Assembly (NCBI RefSeq): GCF_963921235.1
Contig: NC_086097.1
Location: 43,402,001 to 43,466,000, forward strand
Reading direction: 5' to 3'
From: Mobula hypostoma
Taxonomy: Eukaryota
DNA length: 64,000 nt
Shown: piece by piece, positions 24,730 through 36,859 of the stretch
Position numbering within the stretch: the stretch's first letter is position 1
How the letters are laid out: each line of letters begins with the position of its first letter
Position numbers and translations under genes: made by a program
The notes under the pieces: generated by a model
What the model saw: the letters and a program-made list of their open reading frames with translations, nothing else
The model's database searches: none
What the model was told of the DNA's origin: nothing

Positions 24730-25890
24730 TAACACACAGCAAATGCTGGAGGAACTCAGCAGGTCTGGCAGCATCTATGGAGAGGAATAAACAGTTGCTG
24801 TTTTGGAGCGAGACGCTTCATCAGGACTGGAAAGGAAGAGGTAAGGAACCAGAGTAAGAAAGTGGGGGCAGGGGAGGAGAATGAAGTGAGAAAGGAAGTG
24901 ATAAGGGGAAAAAGGTAAAGGGCTGAAGAAGGAATCTGATAGGAGGGGAGAGTGGACCATGCAAGAAAGGGAAGAGTGCATCAGGGGAGGTGATAAGCAG
25001 GTGAGAAGCCTAAACTGAGAATGGAAGAGGAGGAAAGGGGGAGGAGCGAAAAATCACCAGAAGTTTAAAAAAAGCGATATCCATGCCTTCAGATTGGAGG
25101 TTATTCAGATAGAATACAAGGTGCTGCTCCTCCATCTTGATAGTGGCCACATCATGGCCATACAGGAGGCCATGGACCAACAGGGCAGAATGAGAATAGG
25201 GACTGGAATTAAAATAGTTGACCACCGAGAAATCCTGCTTGTTGTGGATGGAACAAAGATGCTCAACAAAGTGGTCCCCAAATCTACGTCAGGTCTCAGC
25301 AAAGTAACTGAGGGCACATCGGGAGCACGAGATACAGTAGACACCCCAAGTTTGCGGATGAAACATTGCCTTACCTGGAAGGCCCTGTATGGAGGTGAGG
25401 GAGGAAGTGAATGGGCTGGTATAGCTGTTCTTCCACATGCGTGGATACGTGCCAGGAGTGAGATCAGTGGGGAGGAACGAATGAACAAGAGATTCACAGA
25501 GGGAGTGATCCCAGTGGAAAGCTGAGAGTCAATAGGGGATTAAGATGCGTTTGGTGGTAGGATCCCATTAGAGATGGCAGAAGTTGTGGAGAATGATATG
25601 CTGGGTTTGGAAGCTCATAGGGTGGTAGGTGAGGAGAAGAGAAATTCTATCTCCGTAAAGGCAAAGGGAAATAGAGTGAGTGTGGATGTCCAGGAAATGG
25701 AAGAGAAGCAGGTGAGAGCAATATCAATGCTAGAGGAAGGAAAACCCCGTTCTTTGGAGAGAGGGCATCTCTGATGTTCTGGAAAGGAAAGCCTCATTCT
25801 GGGAACAGATGTCGCTGAGACAAAGGGACTGAGAAAAGGCATTTTTACAGGTGACAGGGTGGGAAGAGGTAGTCAAGATAGCTGTGAGTG
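24730..25890 (-). mobile_element. Degenerate Penelope-like element (RT C-terminus, GIY-YIG, terminal repeat)
   Basis: Minus ORFs HGLLYGHDVATIKMEEQHLVFYL and KERGFPSSSID match the plus-strand element at 19380-19828. Confidence 0.85.
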
Positions 25891-26527
25891 CCTTAAACCT
25901 ACCTATCGTCTGTTGTAGCTCTTGCCCTTTATCCCCTCCTTTTGCTTTCTATTTCCCATTCTTTCGTCTTTTCATCATCTATCTCCGTTTTTTTCTACCT
26001 CCCTACTCATATACCCATCCGTTTCCACACATCCAGTTGAAGCTCTCCCCAACAGGACAAACACAGACCCCTGATATTGGTTCAGTCTTGTTTGGGTCTA
26101 ACCAGTCTAGCTCCTTCCTGCCACAGAAACAACACCAATCCCTCAAAAATAAATTCTACCCTCCAACACTATTGCTCTAATTGTCTTAATCACGCTATTC
26201 AGAAACCTGCAGCTTGTGGGGCTTTATTCCTATTCTCAGTGTATTTACATTATCTCATTTTTCCATGTCCAAAGAACTTGAGTGCCCAGCAGGGTTAGAA
26301 ACTGCACCAACAATGAATAACAAATCACTCCCCTCGAGCACTTTGTTAAAAGTGCAGTTTAGTCAGTAATTAAAAGGCCTACTAGCAAGCAACACAATTT
26401 CTCTGGCTAGGCTCTTTCTATAGACTGGGTTACCTGAAATCGACTGAGAAGATTCTTCAGTTGGAATGACAGTCTACACTCGAGGTTCTATTTAAATATG
26501 CCTGGTAATAAGTGTTCTAGTATACCA

Positions 26528-26658
26528 CAAACACGAGAAATTCTGCAGATTCTGGAAACCTAAAGCAATATGCACAAAATGCTGGAGGAAGTCAGCAGAT
26601 CAGGAAAGGATTCATAGAAATGAACTGTCAACATTTCGGGCTGAGACCCTTCTTCAGA
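26528..26658 (-). mobile_element. Penelope terminal repeat fragment with hammerhead core
   Basis: Minus strand CTGAAGA-A-GGGTCTCAGCCC-GAAA-TGTT-GACAG plus the family tail. Confidence 0.7.
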
Positions 26659-28261
26659 GAATGCGTACGTTGATTAGTAGACTACAAACCAGGCTGGCTC
26701 AAATCCATCTCAGAAGGTAACTTGGTCCTGCTTTCTGGCTAATCAACACTAAGAAACTGCTAGATCTTTGCGCATCTACCCAATGAAGTCACAGCAACTA
26801 CATTAGAAATATCATCAAGAGGCACTCTGCAGATCTCAAGCAGGTACAAGATATAAAAGAAGGAAATGCAGTAAAATATAATTTTTTACATAATGGAAAA
26901 CTACAAATGATCTAAAACATATCAACCTTTATGATAGAGTTGATTTGATATTTAATTGTTATGACGATTACAGACATTCCTGTATGCAATCAACTCTACT
27001 GAACAAGCATTGATGCAGATTATATTGTTTAACTGTCCCAAAATGTAAACTAAGCACAATCATTTCTTTAAAAGAAATACAAACAGCTGAAACCTCACAT
27101 TTAGTCTCATGCCCAGATCTTCTTTGGTCCATAAATATAATTGTATATTTTTAATCATTCACAACATCTTTCAATGTACTTAAGCACTGTTAATTTTTCC
27201 TTAATTGCAAAATATAAAACACTGCTGTTCTGCACAAGACAGATAACATGTTAACCTATTCTAACTAACTCAGATACAAGCTCGGGAAATGTACTCTGTA
27301 TCCATGCTTTTCCATTTGATTTATTTATGTTTAATTAATCACTCTCTGCCAACCCCATCTAACACACTTGGTCAAATCAATATCACTTCTTTTAAGAACA
27401 ACATTCAACAGCTTCAATAATATTTTTAACATGGCCTCCAATTATATCCAAGTAATTATTTTTCAACGAATATATTTTGCTCCTTCAAAAATAAACAGCT
27501 ATTGGGCCTTATTCATAAGTTAAATAATACAATTCAAAAAAAAACAATGTAAAGTAAAAATTTTGTTTTTGCAAGTAGCACAAAATTTTTAAAAAGCATA
27601 TAAATATATGAAACATCATAAATGTTCAAATCATTCTAAATCATCATATTCTAAAAACAAGTCCAGCAAGGTGTACCCGGTAACATTCTTAACCCCTCGT
27701 CCAATGAAAATTTCTTCACCAGAGCTACATTTTGAAGAGGTGATTCATCAGCACTATTTTAATTTAACAGTTTTAAACTATGTATAAAAAAGGCAAGCAG
27801 AGAACATTTTGAACATTGCCCGGGTCATTTTGTACAAAAACAAAGCAACCCTTTGACAATTTTCAAACAGTATTTAAATTGTGCTATATTTCAATTCTTT
27901 CCACATATTATTCTTCTAAATGCTGAAATTTAGTTTAGTAAGTGCACAAGCAATCATACACAAAATGAACCAACGGCACTACCATGGAATCTCTGCAAAC
28001 TCACGTTGACTTAATCCACTGCACTAATCCAAACGTGTTTGCAAACTGAACACGACTTCCATAATTGCTCATTGGGGAGGTGGTGCGGTTTATAGCTGAC
28101 AAGCTGGGCTGAAGGGGTCAGCTCAGCTCCCACCCTTAATAGCCGCAATAACAACTCATTGCTAACCAGACACTGTGCACTGTACACAACCACTTTTTGT
28201 TAAGGCCTTGTTTCCCATTCACTGACCCCGCCCCCGCAAAAATTAACATCTTGATGTTTAC

Positions 28262-28510
28262 CTTCCTTATGCCTTTGTAAATGTAAAAGTACAGCTCCCG
28301 GCCCACATTAAAGCAGATTCTGTCCCCATTGCCGGACTGGTCGTTCACATTTACGAATGACACCTTGACTGGATTGGATCCTTGAGAATTAAAAGGCACC
28401 CTATTGGGCCGGCTGTATTCAGAGTGGGTCAACACTTTATAAACACCTTCCCTGGTAGTAAACTGGGTTTTAATTTCGTTCATCTCCTTCCCTCCTCCCT
28501 CCGTCGCCAT
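28262..28510 (-). CDS. WDR20: WD repeat-containing protein 20, coding exon 1 (83 codons)
   Basis: Translates MATEGGGKEMNEIKTQFTTREGVYKVLTHSEYSRPNRVPFNSQGSNPVKVSFVNVNDQSGNGDRICFNVGRELYFYIYKGIRK, recognisable as the WDR20 N-terminus. Ends at phase-0 donor AAG|GTAAAC. Sits in a CpG-rich patch, head-to-head with HSP90AA1 as in other vertebrates. Confidence 0.96.
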
Positions 28511-28700
28511 GTTGTAATTTAGGATTCATCCTATCCAAGCCCGGATGTTACTCAGTACGCCTGCGTGACCGCTCCGCCGGCTTTACAAGGCGATGACGTC
28601 TTCACGTTGAGCCTGTGCGTAGCTTGCGAAGTGACGCCATTTGCGTCGCTTCGCCGGAATAACCGGAAGTTGAACTGTGGCGGGATACCGGAGCGATCAT
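28500..28700 (-). promoter_or_regulatory. WDR20: WDR20 CpG-rich TATA-less promoter/5' UTR
   Basis: High CpG density. CRE-like TGACGTC (28594-28600) and TGACG (28632-28636). YY1-like CGCCATTT (28635-28642). ETS-like ACCGGAAGT (28662-28670) and CCGGAAT (28654-28660). Confidence 0.7.
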
Positions 28701-28749
28701 TGGGGACTCATTGAGATTGAGATTCGAGTCGAAATCACAGGAGCTACTT

Positions 28750-30960
28750 AAACCGACGGGGTTTGGAGCAGGGTCCTGGGCCCATTGTTAGGAGCTTTCT
28801 CTCAGGCAGGAAGCGATGGAGAAGACAGAGGTGGTATAGGGTGATAGGAGATGTATGAAGGAAGGCGAATGGTGGGTTTCTGGGAAAGCGGCCGATTGAG
28901 GATTGTAGTGATCTATCGTCAAGTGATGAAGGCTCCACACAGGATTCAAATAAAAAAAGGAGAGTGTAACGTTTTGGGTTAAAAGCTGTGTGAGGAAAGA
29001 AAGTAACACCAAGAAATTATATTGAATGACTGGCTTTGGGGAGTAATCCGGAGTGCCTCGATGTAACCATGAACCAAGTTAAAAATAATGTAGGGGAAAA
29101 GTTGTGGACACCAAATGTTTAAAAGGATTTTGTGGTGGAGCTGGAGCAGATAACTTATCGGTGTTGATTAAATTTGATGGGGAAAAAAGTTGCTGGATAG
29201 GGTTAATTTAGGTTGTATGAGTTTATATTGTTTGAGTCTTTGAGATGTTTTCAGTGCCAGAAATTTGGTCGTGTAGCAGTTGTGTGTAAGGGTAAAAAGC
29301 GGTTTGGTCGATTTGATAGAGAACATGATTATGGCAATTGTGGAGAAGACATTAGGCTAAATTGTAGGAATGATAGAGGGGGAACATAGCTCTGCTTGTA
29401 CAGGGTGTCCTGTATATTATAAAGCTGTAAAAAGTGCAGCATGTTCAAATAGAAATGGGCATATTATATGCAGAGGCTCTGCAAAAAATACAGAAGACAG
29501 TGTCCGTGAGATCTATTAAGATCCAGAGTACAGATAGTTTAAAGAGTGTCTAAAGTACATAATTGTATAACAAAGGATTTACTGATTGTTGATAAACTAA
29601 AGTCTGTCACTTTCATGGCAGATACGGTAAATTTTGCAGCACGAACTTAAAGTAGGACGGAAAAAGTTAAAATTATATTTAAAATTCATAAAAGCTAGAG
29701 ATAAAAGACTTAACTCTAGAAGTAATTAATGATGCCCTACAAGGAGGAGTAGATAACATTCAGGCTTCACAGGAGAGTTGTTGAGGGTTTTTCTAAACTT
29801 ACAATTGAATGTTGGAAGCCTGTTAGCCAATGGTCAAGAGTTTAAGAAATTTATTGAAGATTTACCAAATAAACCTGATGAAAATCTGGTTGAAATCTTG
29901 TCTAAGTTTTAAGTCACAAGGTTATGTTGATATAAAATGAGATTAGAAATTGGGCAATGGAGGAGGGGTGGCTACCTTGTCAAAAATGGGATAGCACACA
30001 GAGTTTTGGTGATTGGGGATTTTTGAGTCAATTGTGGATGAAATTTGGGGTAAGAATAGTAAAGTACAGATAATAACTTTTTATAACTCTTGTGAAATGT
30101 TAACACCTGATATATTGGAAAGTGGGGATGGAAATGGGGAAAAATAAAATTGTGCTGTGGAGATTGTAATGCTCATAGTACTATGTGGGGTTGTAGTAAC
30201 ACAAATGTGAATGGGACAGTGATGTAAGACTCTGGAAGAAGAAGTGCTTGGTGTGCTTGACTGATGGTAGGAGTACTAGGATAAATCTATTTAACAACAC
30301 TGTTTCTGCTATGAACATAACACTAGTATCGGAGGATAGAGCAAAGGTGTGTAATGATACAAGTGGGGAGTGATTATTTTCCCCATTATCTGTACAATGG
30401 TAATAGATGTGTATCAGAGGAAACGTTCTTGTATCCCCAGATGGAATTTTTAAAAGGCAAATTGGGATATATTTGATGATTTATGTGAAAGTGTATTTCC
30501 TGATCATTTGGTTTTGAGTTGAGTAATAATATCTTTGTGCTCTGTACTCAACTCAATCGCTGAGGAATTAATTCCCAGATCACTGGGAGGTAATAAAAAG
30601 GAGAGCATTTTCCTGTTGCATGGATAAATGTAAAAGAGCAGTGAAGGAATGGAATAAAGCTTTTAAGAAAGGCAGTGTTACTCTTATTTTCATACAATAT
30701 AAAAGAGCTCAAGCAATAGATAGAAAAGTAGTGAGAAGGGCAAAGAAAATATTGGAGACGATACTATGATAACATTGGGCAAAAGATCCGGGTAGAGGAG
30801 GTTAGGGGTTGATACAGAAAATGGGGGTGAGGGAGTTAGAAAACAATACATTACCAATGTTGGATGGTGGGGAAGAGGTTGTAGTTACTAACTGGAAAAG
30901 GCAGAATTCTTAGCAAAAACATGTCAGCGTACAAAGTTCAGGCAATTTAAGTAAAGAACA
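28750..30960 (+). mobile_element. Degenerate Nimb/I-clade LINE, 5' half only (ORF1 zinc knuckles + APE endonuclease)
   Basis: From 29240 LRCFQCQKFGRVAVVCKGKKR..., then two more decayed knuckles. From 29799 LQLNVGSLLANGQEFKKFIEDLPNKPD. CGD.NAHSTMWG near 30156 and PRWNF.KANWD near 30437. Many frameshifts; no RT seen. Confidence 0.75.
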
Positions 30961-31809
30961 GTGATCTTCTACAGAAACAGTTTTGACAAGCATTCCTCAG
31001 ATTGCTGAGGGGGAGAATGTTCCAGTTTGTGCTTTCTTCGGAAGTTTTCTGAAGTTAACTATTTTTGCTTTGGGTCTATTTAAAAAGGGAGACATCTGTT
31101 GTCATCCATTTCAAAGGATTTATCGTTTTTCGTTGCTGTGCAGAGTCTGCCGTTTGATCTACTAGGCTGTGCTTTCACCTGAAACTTGCTGCAGTAATCA
31201 TTATCTGCGGTTTCGCTTGTCACTCTGGTGCACCAGTGAAGAACTATGGTGTTGTTTGAATTTTAAAAATATATATTTTACTGTCTTCCAAGATTAGATA
31301 ATAGATCCCCTGTCACTAAAAGGCATTTTTACCTAATTTCTTGTTTGCGTTTTACATAGATACGTCATTTGTATGGAGAATGTCTTTTCAATTCCTTATT
31401 TTTTATATGCCACCAGGTCAAACAATGGTAAGGTTTTGTAACTTTTTAGTTCTTGAAAACACTACCAACCACAAGAGATGACCTACTCCAACAGTTTCTG
31501 TTTTTATTTCAGACTTCCAGCAATTGCATCAGCTTGTTTTATTTTGCTGACCAAGTATATCTTTTCTTGATTACTACATATTGATGAGCAACACTTGGAA
31601 GAAGCCCTGAAATTGGCAAGAATACATTATGGGTGGTGAACATGAATGTCCATCAGCCAGAGTGGGTTGTAGCATCCTCCTTGGCTCAATCTTGAAGGAT
31701 GTAGCCAACAGACTGGGTCTGTGTCAGTTCATAAGTTGTCTAATATAAAAGATAAGTCTGCTGTCTGTCCATTTTTAAAAAAAGATTGGTGAGAATGACC
31801 ATAGTATAG

Positions 31810-32440
31810 TCCTTGTTGAGGCAAATTTCAAAAAACTGCAGAGATTTGTGGGCACAGCTTGGCACACCTTAGAAACCAGACTTCCCTCTATGGACTCTGT
31901 CTACACTTCTTGCTGCCTCTAGCTAATCAAAGATTCCCACCCACCCCAGAAATTCTCTCTTCTTCCCCCTCCCAATGGGCAGAAGATACAAAGCCTGAAA
32001 ACGTGTACCACCAAGCTCAAGGACAAACTCTATGTCCATCGTTTAGAAGCACAAGAAGATCTGCAGATGCTGGAAACCCAAGCAACATACACAAATTGCT
32101 GGAGGAACTCGGCAGGCCAGGAGCGTCTATGGAAAAGGTCTCAGCCCGAAACATCGACTGTTCACTCTTTTCCATAGAGGCTGCCTGGCCTGCTGAATTC
32201 CTCCCGTATTTTGTGTCCATTGTTATAAGACTTTTGAATGGTTCCCTTGTACGATAAGGTAGGTTCTTGACCTCATAATCTACGTCATTATGACCTTGCA
32301 CCTTGCTTTCTACCTGCACTGCATCTTCTCTGTATTGTACCACTTTATTCTGTGCTCTGTTGCTGTTGCACCTTTTCCTACATCACTCTTGTAAGGAATT
32401 GATCTTGTGGACGGTGTGCAAGACAAGTTTTTCGCTGGAT
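31810..32440 (+). mobile_element. Rex1/Babar 3' end with nested hammerhead-family hairpin (about 32045-32213)
   Basis: CTCCCAATGGGCAGAAGATAC (LP.GRRY) region and 3' UTR similar to 46200-46600. Nested inverted family repeat flanked by TGTCCAT(C/T)GTT. Confidence 0.7.
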
Positions 32441-32449
32441 CTCAGTCAT

Positions 32450-33860
32450 TGAACACTCCAGCATAGGAACAGGCTTGTCGGCCTGTCAAGACTGTGTCGA
32501 ACTGTTATTCTCTCTAGTCCCACCAACCCACACTTGGACCATACTCCTCCCTTCCATATACTTCTCCAACTTCCATGGCAGCTCATTCCACACTCACCTC
32601 CCTCAGGTTCCCCTGAAATATTTTACTTTTCACCATTAACCTATGGCCTGTAGTTCTAGTCTCGCCCAACCTCAGTGGGGCGGGGGGGAACCTGCTTGCA
32701 TTTACTCTATTTACACCCTTCATGGTTCCTTAAGGATGTCAGAGCAAGGGAGAGGGTGTTAGTGTGGTTAACCTCCCACTGCCTATTAAATGCTCTTAAT
32801 GCTGTGCATCTCAAATAGCCTCTGACAGCCAAATTCAGATTCCTGGTCATCACGTGTAACTTACCCACTAAGCCTGGTGGAACTGTTTCTACTGATAAAA
32901 CAGCCAGCGCGTAACAACCAGTTGCTGTGTGTGGATGGGGCTCATCAGCCGTGGTTGGCGGCTCATCTGGGAGAAGGAAAACTCTGATCTCAAACCTCCG
33001 CTGTCTTGTGGCTATATCCCCTCATGGGGAAGGCTTCGGAAGTAAACCCCAAGGAAAAATCCGGAGCTGAAGTCCCTGAGGCAGCCCTACATTGAGTTCA
33101 ACACTGACTGGCAACTCTGGAGATGCCACTGGTGCCAAACTGTGTTGATCTTTGCCTGTCCTTTGGATTCATCAGCTGCGTGGAGAGGGGGAGCCTGCTA
33201 CATGGGCAACCGCTTGCTCTCCATATCGTACTGCCCTGGCTTACATGTTGCCTTTGATATAGACAGCAAGGACGCAATATCTATGATCTCATAATTTTCT
33301 ATACCTTTATCAAACCTCCCCTTGTTCTCCTATGCTCTGGGAAATAAAATCCTAATCTATTTAACCTTTCTCTATAACTCATAAAGCACAGAAACATGCT
33401 GTTTGGTCTACCATGCCTATGCTAACTATCATTTATACAAATTCCACTACCAGCAATTGGCCTGTAGCCTTCAAGCCCTTGGCAATGAAGTGCTTCTCTG
33501 GGTTATATCCAAAAGTTGTGAAGATCCCTGCCTCCACTACCACCTCAAGCAACATATCTCTGATTCCAAATACCTCCTTAGATCCCCTGAAAACCTCTTA
33601 CAAGTGAAATCACACCCTTTAGTTTGAGACACCTCTGACGAGAGGAAAGGTTTCCTTCTGTGTTGCCCTTGATGATTGTGCACACTTCTTCAGGTCCAAC
33701 CACCCCTGCACCCCTTCACCAGGCCTCAGCTCCTCAGCACTAAGGAACCCAGGCGCAATCTTACTTGCCCTCTCTTAAATGAAATATTCCATCTCAGGCA
33801 ACAACCTGGTGAATCTCCTCCGTATGCTCTTCAGTGCAATTATATCCTTCCTATAGGCAA
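32450..33860 (-). mobile_element. Cluster of CR1 3' fragments with a nested different element at about 32725-33285
   Basis: Reverse-complement CR1 tail and ORF2-end sequence on both sides. The nested GC-richer segment shares sequence with 16780-16885. Confidence 0.55.
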
Positions 33861-34239
33861 GTGATTTTTTTTTTGCTGATCATTATTAATTAGCCTCATT
33901 TTTGAGACTATTTAACTTCACTGCAAAGTGCTTCACATGCATGATATAAGTTATGTGCTGTGGAGAATAATTGTTCTGCCCAAATTGCATTAGATTGTAA
34001 ATTTCAAATTGTAACCAAAAATAGAACTTAATGCCTAAACATTAACTTTCACATTTTTTATATATACACACACACATATGTAACCTTAAAAGAAAGAGAA
34101 AGAAAGTTATTAGCACTGGCTATCCTGATTTTACTAAACCTCCTTAACATTCTCTAAATGGCACAAGATGGTCACACAAATTATCATCCAAATTTACAGA
34201 GGAATACTACAAGAAACATACTAGTATTTGTATTAGAAT

Positions 34240-34630
34240 CAGGTTTATATGTTATTAAATTTGTTGTTTTATGGCAGTAGTACAGAGCAATATATTTTAA
34301 AATTAATACAAACTACAAAAAGAAATTATATTAAATAACTAATGCAAAAAGAGCAAATTAGTGAGGTTGCGTTCGTGAACCATTCAGAAGTCCAGTGGCA
34401 TTGGGGAAGAAGCTGTTCCTAAAATGTTGAGTGTGTGTCATCAGGCTCGTGTACCTCCTCCCTGATGGTAGTAATGAGAAGAGGATATGTCTTCCTGGAC
34501 GGTGATGTTCCTTAATGATATATGCCACCTTCCTGAGGCACTGGTTTTAGAAGGTGTCCTTGATGGTGGGAAGAATGGTGCCCATGATGGAGCTGGATGA
34601 GCGTGCAGCAACCTTTTTCAATCCTGTGAC
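34240..34630 (-). mobile_element. Rex1/Babar 3' end
   Basis: GTACCTCCTCCCTGATGGTAG (reverse LPSGRRY) and GAAGCTGTTCCT motifs. Confidence 0.7.
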
Positions 34631-35082
34631 ACAGTGAAACCATAAAAAATAAACATACTGCTTGTAACATTTGGGCCATATCACATTTGCAAAAGAATAT
34701 GTTAACTGTTTTGGTTTTGTTGTTAACTTCTCATACAGCACTATCATTTGCATAACAAGCTGATAAATCTGTGCTAAGTCTTTCATTGATAATGGAATGT
34801 TTCACAACCAGTAACAACAGGTTGCAATTACTAGTTAGTACTGCTAACTTGTAGACAAGATTAGAAATATAAATGATAAAGATCAAACTCTGAATTATAC
34901 GTGACAGTAAGTATTCAGTTGTGTGACATGGAGTCATAGAGTTATACAACACAGGAAATAGGCCTTTCAGCCCAACTTTTCATGCCAGCTGACTTGCCTG
35001 AGCTAGATCCATTTGCCTGTGTTTCCGCATATCCTTTAAACCTTTCCATCAGCAGCATAGAAGTTGGCAGCAATCGTTATTG

Positions 35083-35214
35083 AAGAAGGGTCTTGGCTTG
35101 AATTGCGGACTGTTTATTCATTTTCATGGGCGCTGCCAGACCTGCTGAGTTCCTCAAGCATTTTGTGTGTATGTTGCCTAGATTTCCACCATCTGCAGAT
35201 TTTCTCATATTTAT
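35083..35214 (+). mobile_element. Penelope terminal repeat insertion, degenerate hammerhead
   Basis: Family sequence. 11-bp TSD AAT(C/T)GTTATTG at 35072-35082 and 35215-35225. Confidence 0.7.
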
Positions 35215-35929
35215 AATTGTTATTGTACTAATTTTCTCTCGTTTTCTGTTTGCTTAAGTGTTGAACCTGCTGGAGCTTGTCGCTTGACTGCCGGTTGCAG
35301 TCTAGTATCTTGTCAAGTAGATTTTGTTTACTTGTGTGCTTTGTCATAAAATTAAGTCACAGTCTATTTGATAATGAAGGCCAAGTGCGATGTCAGTGTA
35401 CATAAAGTCTCAGAGGAGACAGGATACACTCTTTCTCCTGAAGAATTAGATTACTTGTCGAAATCAATTAACGGGATAGCCCAAATCTGCCCTCCTTAAT
35501 TTGGGTTTTGTTATGTGGATGTTGTTGACAGAACATGTTGTTGTTATTCCCCATCTCCAATTGCCCTTTAGAAGATTGTGGTGAGCAATCTCCTTAACTG
35601 CAGCAATGCTTTTACTGAAGGTCCTCACATGATTCTGTTAGTGCGGGAGTTTCAGGATCTGGACCGGAGAGTGGAAATAATATTCCCAATTAGAGTGGTG
35701 TGTTACTTGGAGCGTGGGTCGTCTCCAATTGGACGTTTGCTCACTTACCTTCAGCACTCGTCCTTGATGCAGGAGGTTGCAGGTTTGAGAATTGTTATTG
35801 GGAGTAGCGTAGGTGAATAATTGCAGTGCATTTTGCAGATGCTATACACTGCAACCTTTAAGTACTGATGGTTGCTGGAATGAATAATTGGGTGGTGTAC
35901 CAAATGCCAACCAAACTGGCTGACTTAGA

Positions 35930-36400
35930 ATCTTGAGCTACTAACACAAAAATGAGCCCCTCAGCTCAACTTGTCCATGCCAACCAAATTGCTGAACTGA
36001 TATAGTCCCATTTGGCACACTAAACACAGGCAAATGGGACTAAACCTTTTCCATTCATGTTACTGTCTCTAAACTAATCCTGTCCATGCAACTGTATAAA
36101 TCCTTTTAAATGTCATAATTAATCTGCCTTTACAACTTCCTCAGGCAACTGGTTACAGATACCACCTTCTGTGTGGAAAAAATTGTCCCTCAGTCCCTTT
36201 TAAGTCTTTCCCCTCACATTAAATCTATGTCCTCCAGTTTTGGACTCTCCTACCCTGGGGAAAAGACTAATATAAGGTCATCTCTCAGCCTTCTACACCC
36301 CAGGGGCAAAGGTTGTCCCTATCCAGCCTCTCCGCATAACCGAGCCTTCCAGTCCTGGTAACATCTTTGCAAATCTTTTCGCTACCTTCTCCAGTTTTAC
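35930..36400 (-). mobile_element. CR1 3' fragments
   Basis: Reverse-complement CR1 tail and ORF2-end sequence (TTACAACTTCCTCAGGCAAC...ACCACCTTCTGTGTGGAAAAA). Confidence 0.6.
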
Positions 36401-36859
36401 CAGTCTCTGTAGTCACATATGATCCAGGTTGCCTTACAATCAGTTCATTTCCAATTCTGCAACAAGTAATGAGTTCAACTCTTATCTGTGCTTTAAAATG
36501 GCTGTCAACCCAGTCAAATCAAGGGGAAGAAGGGGTAGAAATTATGTTGTGTTGTCCGTGACATCCATGTGCTGTGAAAAGGTTAATAAAAATTAAAACT
36601 TTTCAGTTCTCATCTACATAGAGACTTTAAAAATTAGTTACTTTTCACGAAAGACATTCAGAAAAATCTTTATAACCTCAGATGAATTACAAAGTAAGTG
36701 ATACTACTACTGTTTGCAATTCAACATGTGTCCATTTAAGAATGTGCTAGTTTGTAATCCGGCATGAGTTTGAGTTTATACGTGTTCTAAACTAAGAGTG
36801 CCATCTACTGATATCCTGAGATATATGCAGATAATCCAGCATTCTCAATCAGGACTTTA

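Noticed and set aside
28136..28261. C-terminal extension of the 124-aa WDR20 ORF (VNIKMLIFAG...)
   Set aside because: Read-through past the GTAAAC donor into intron 1.
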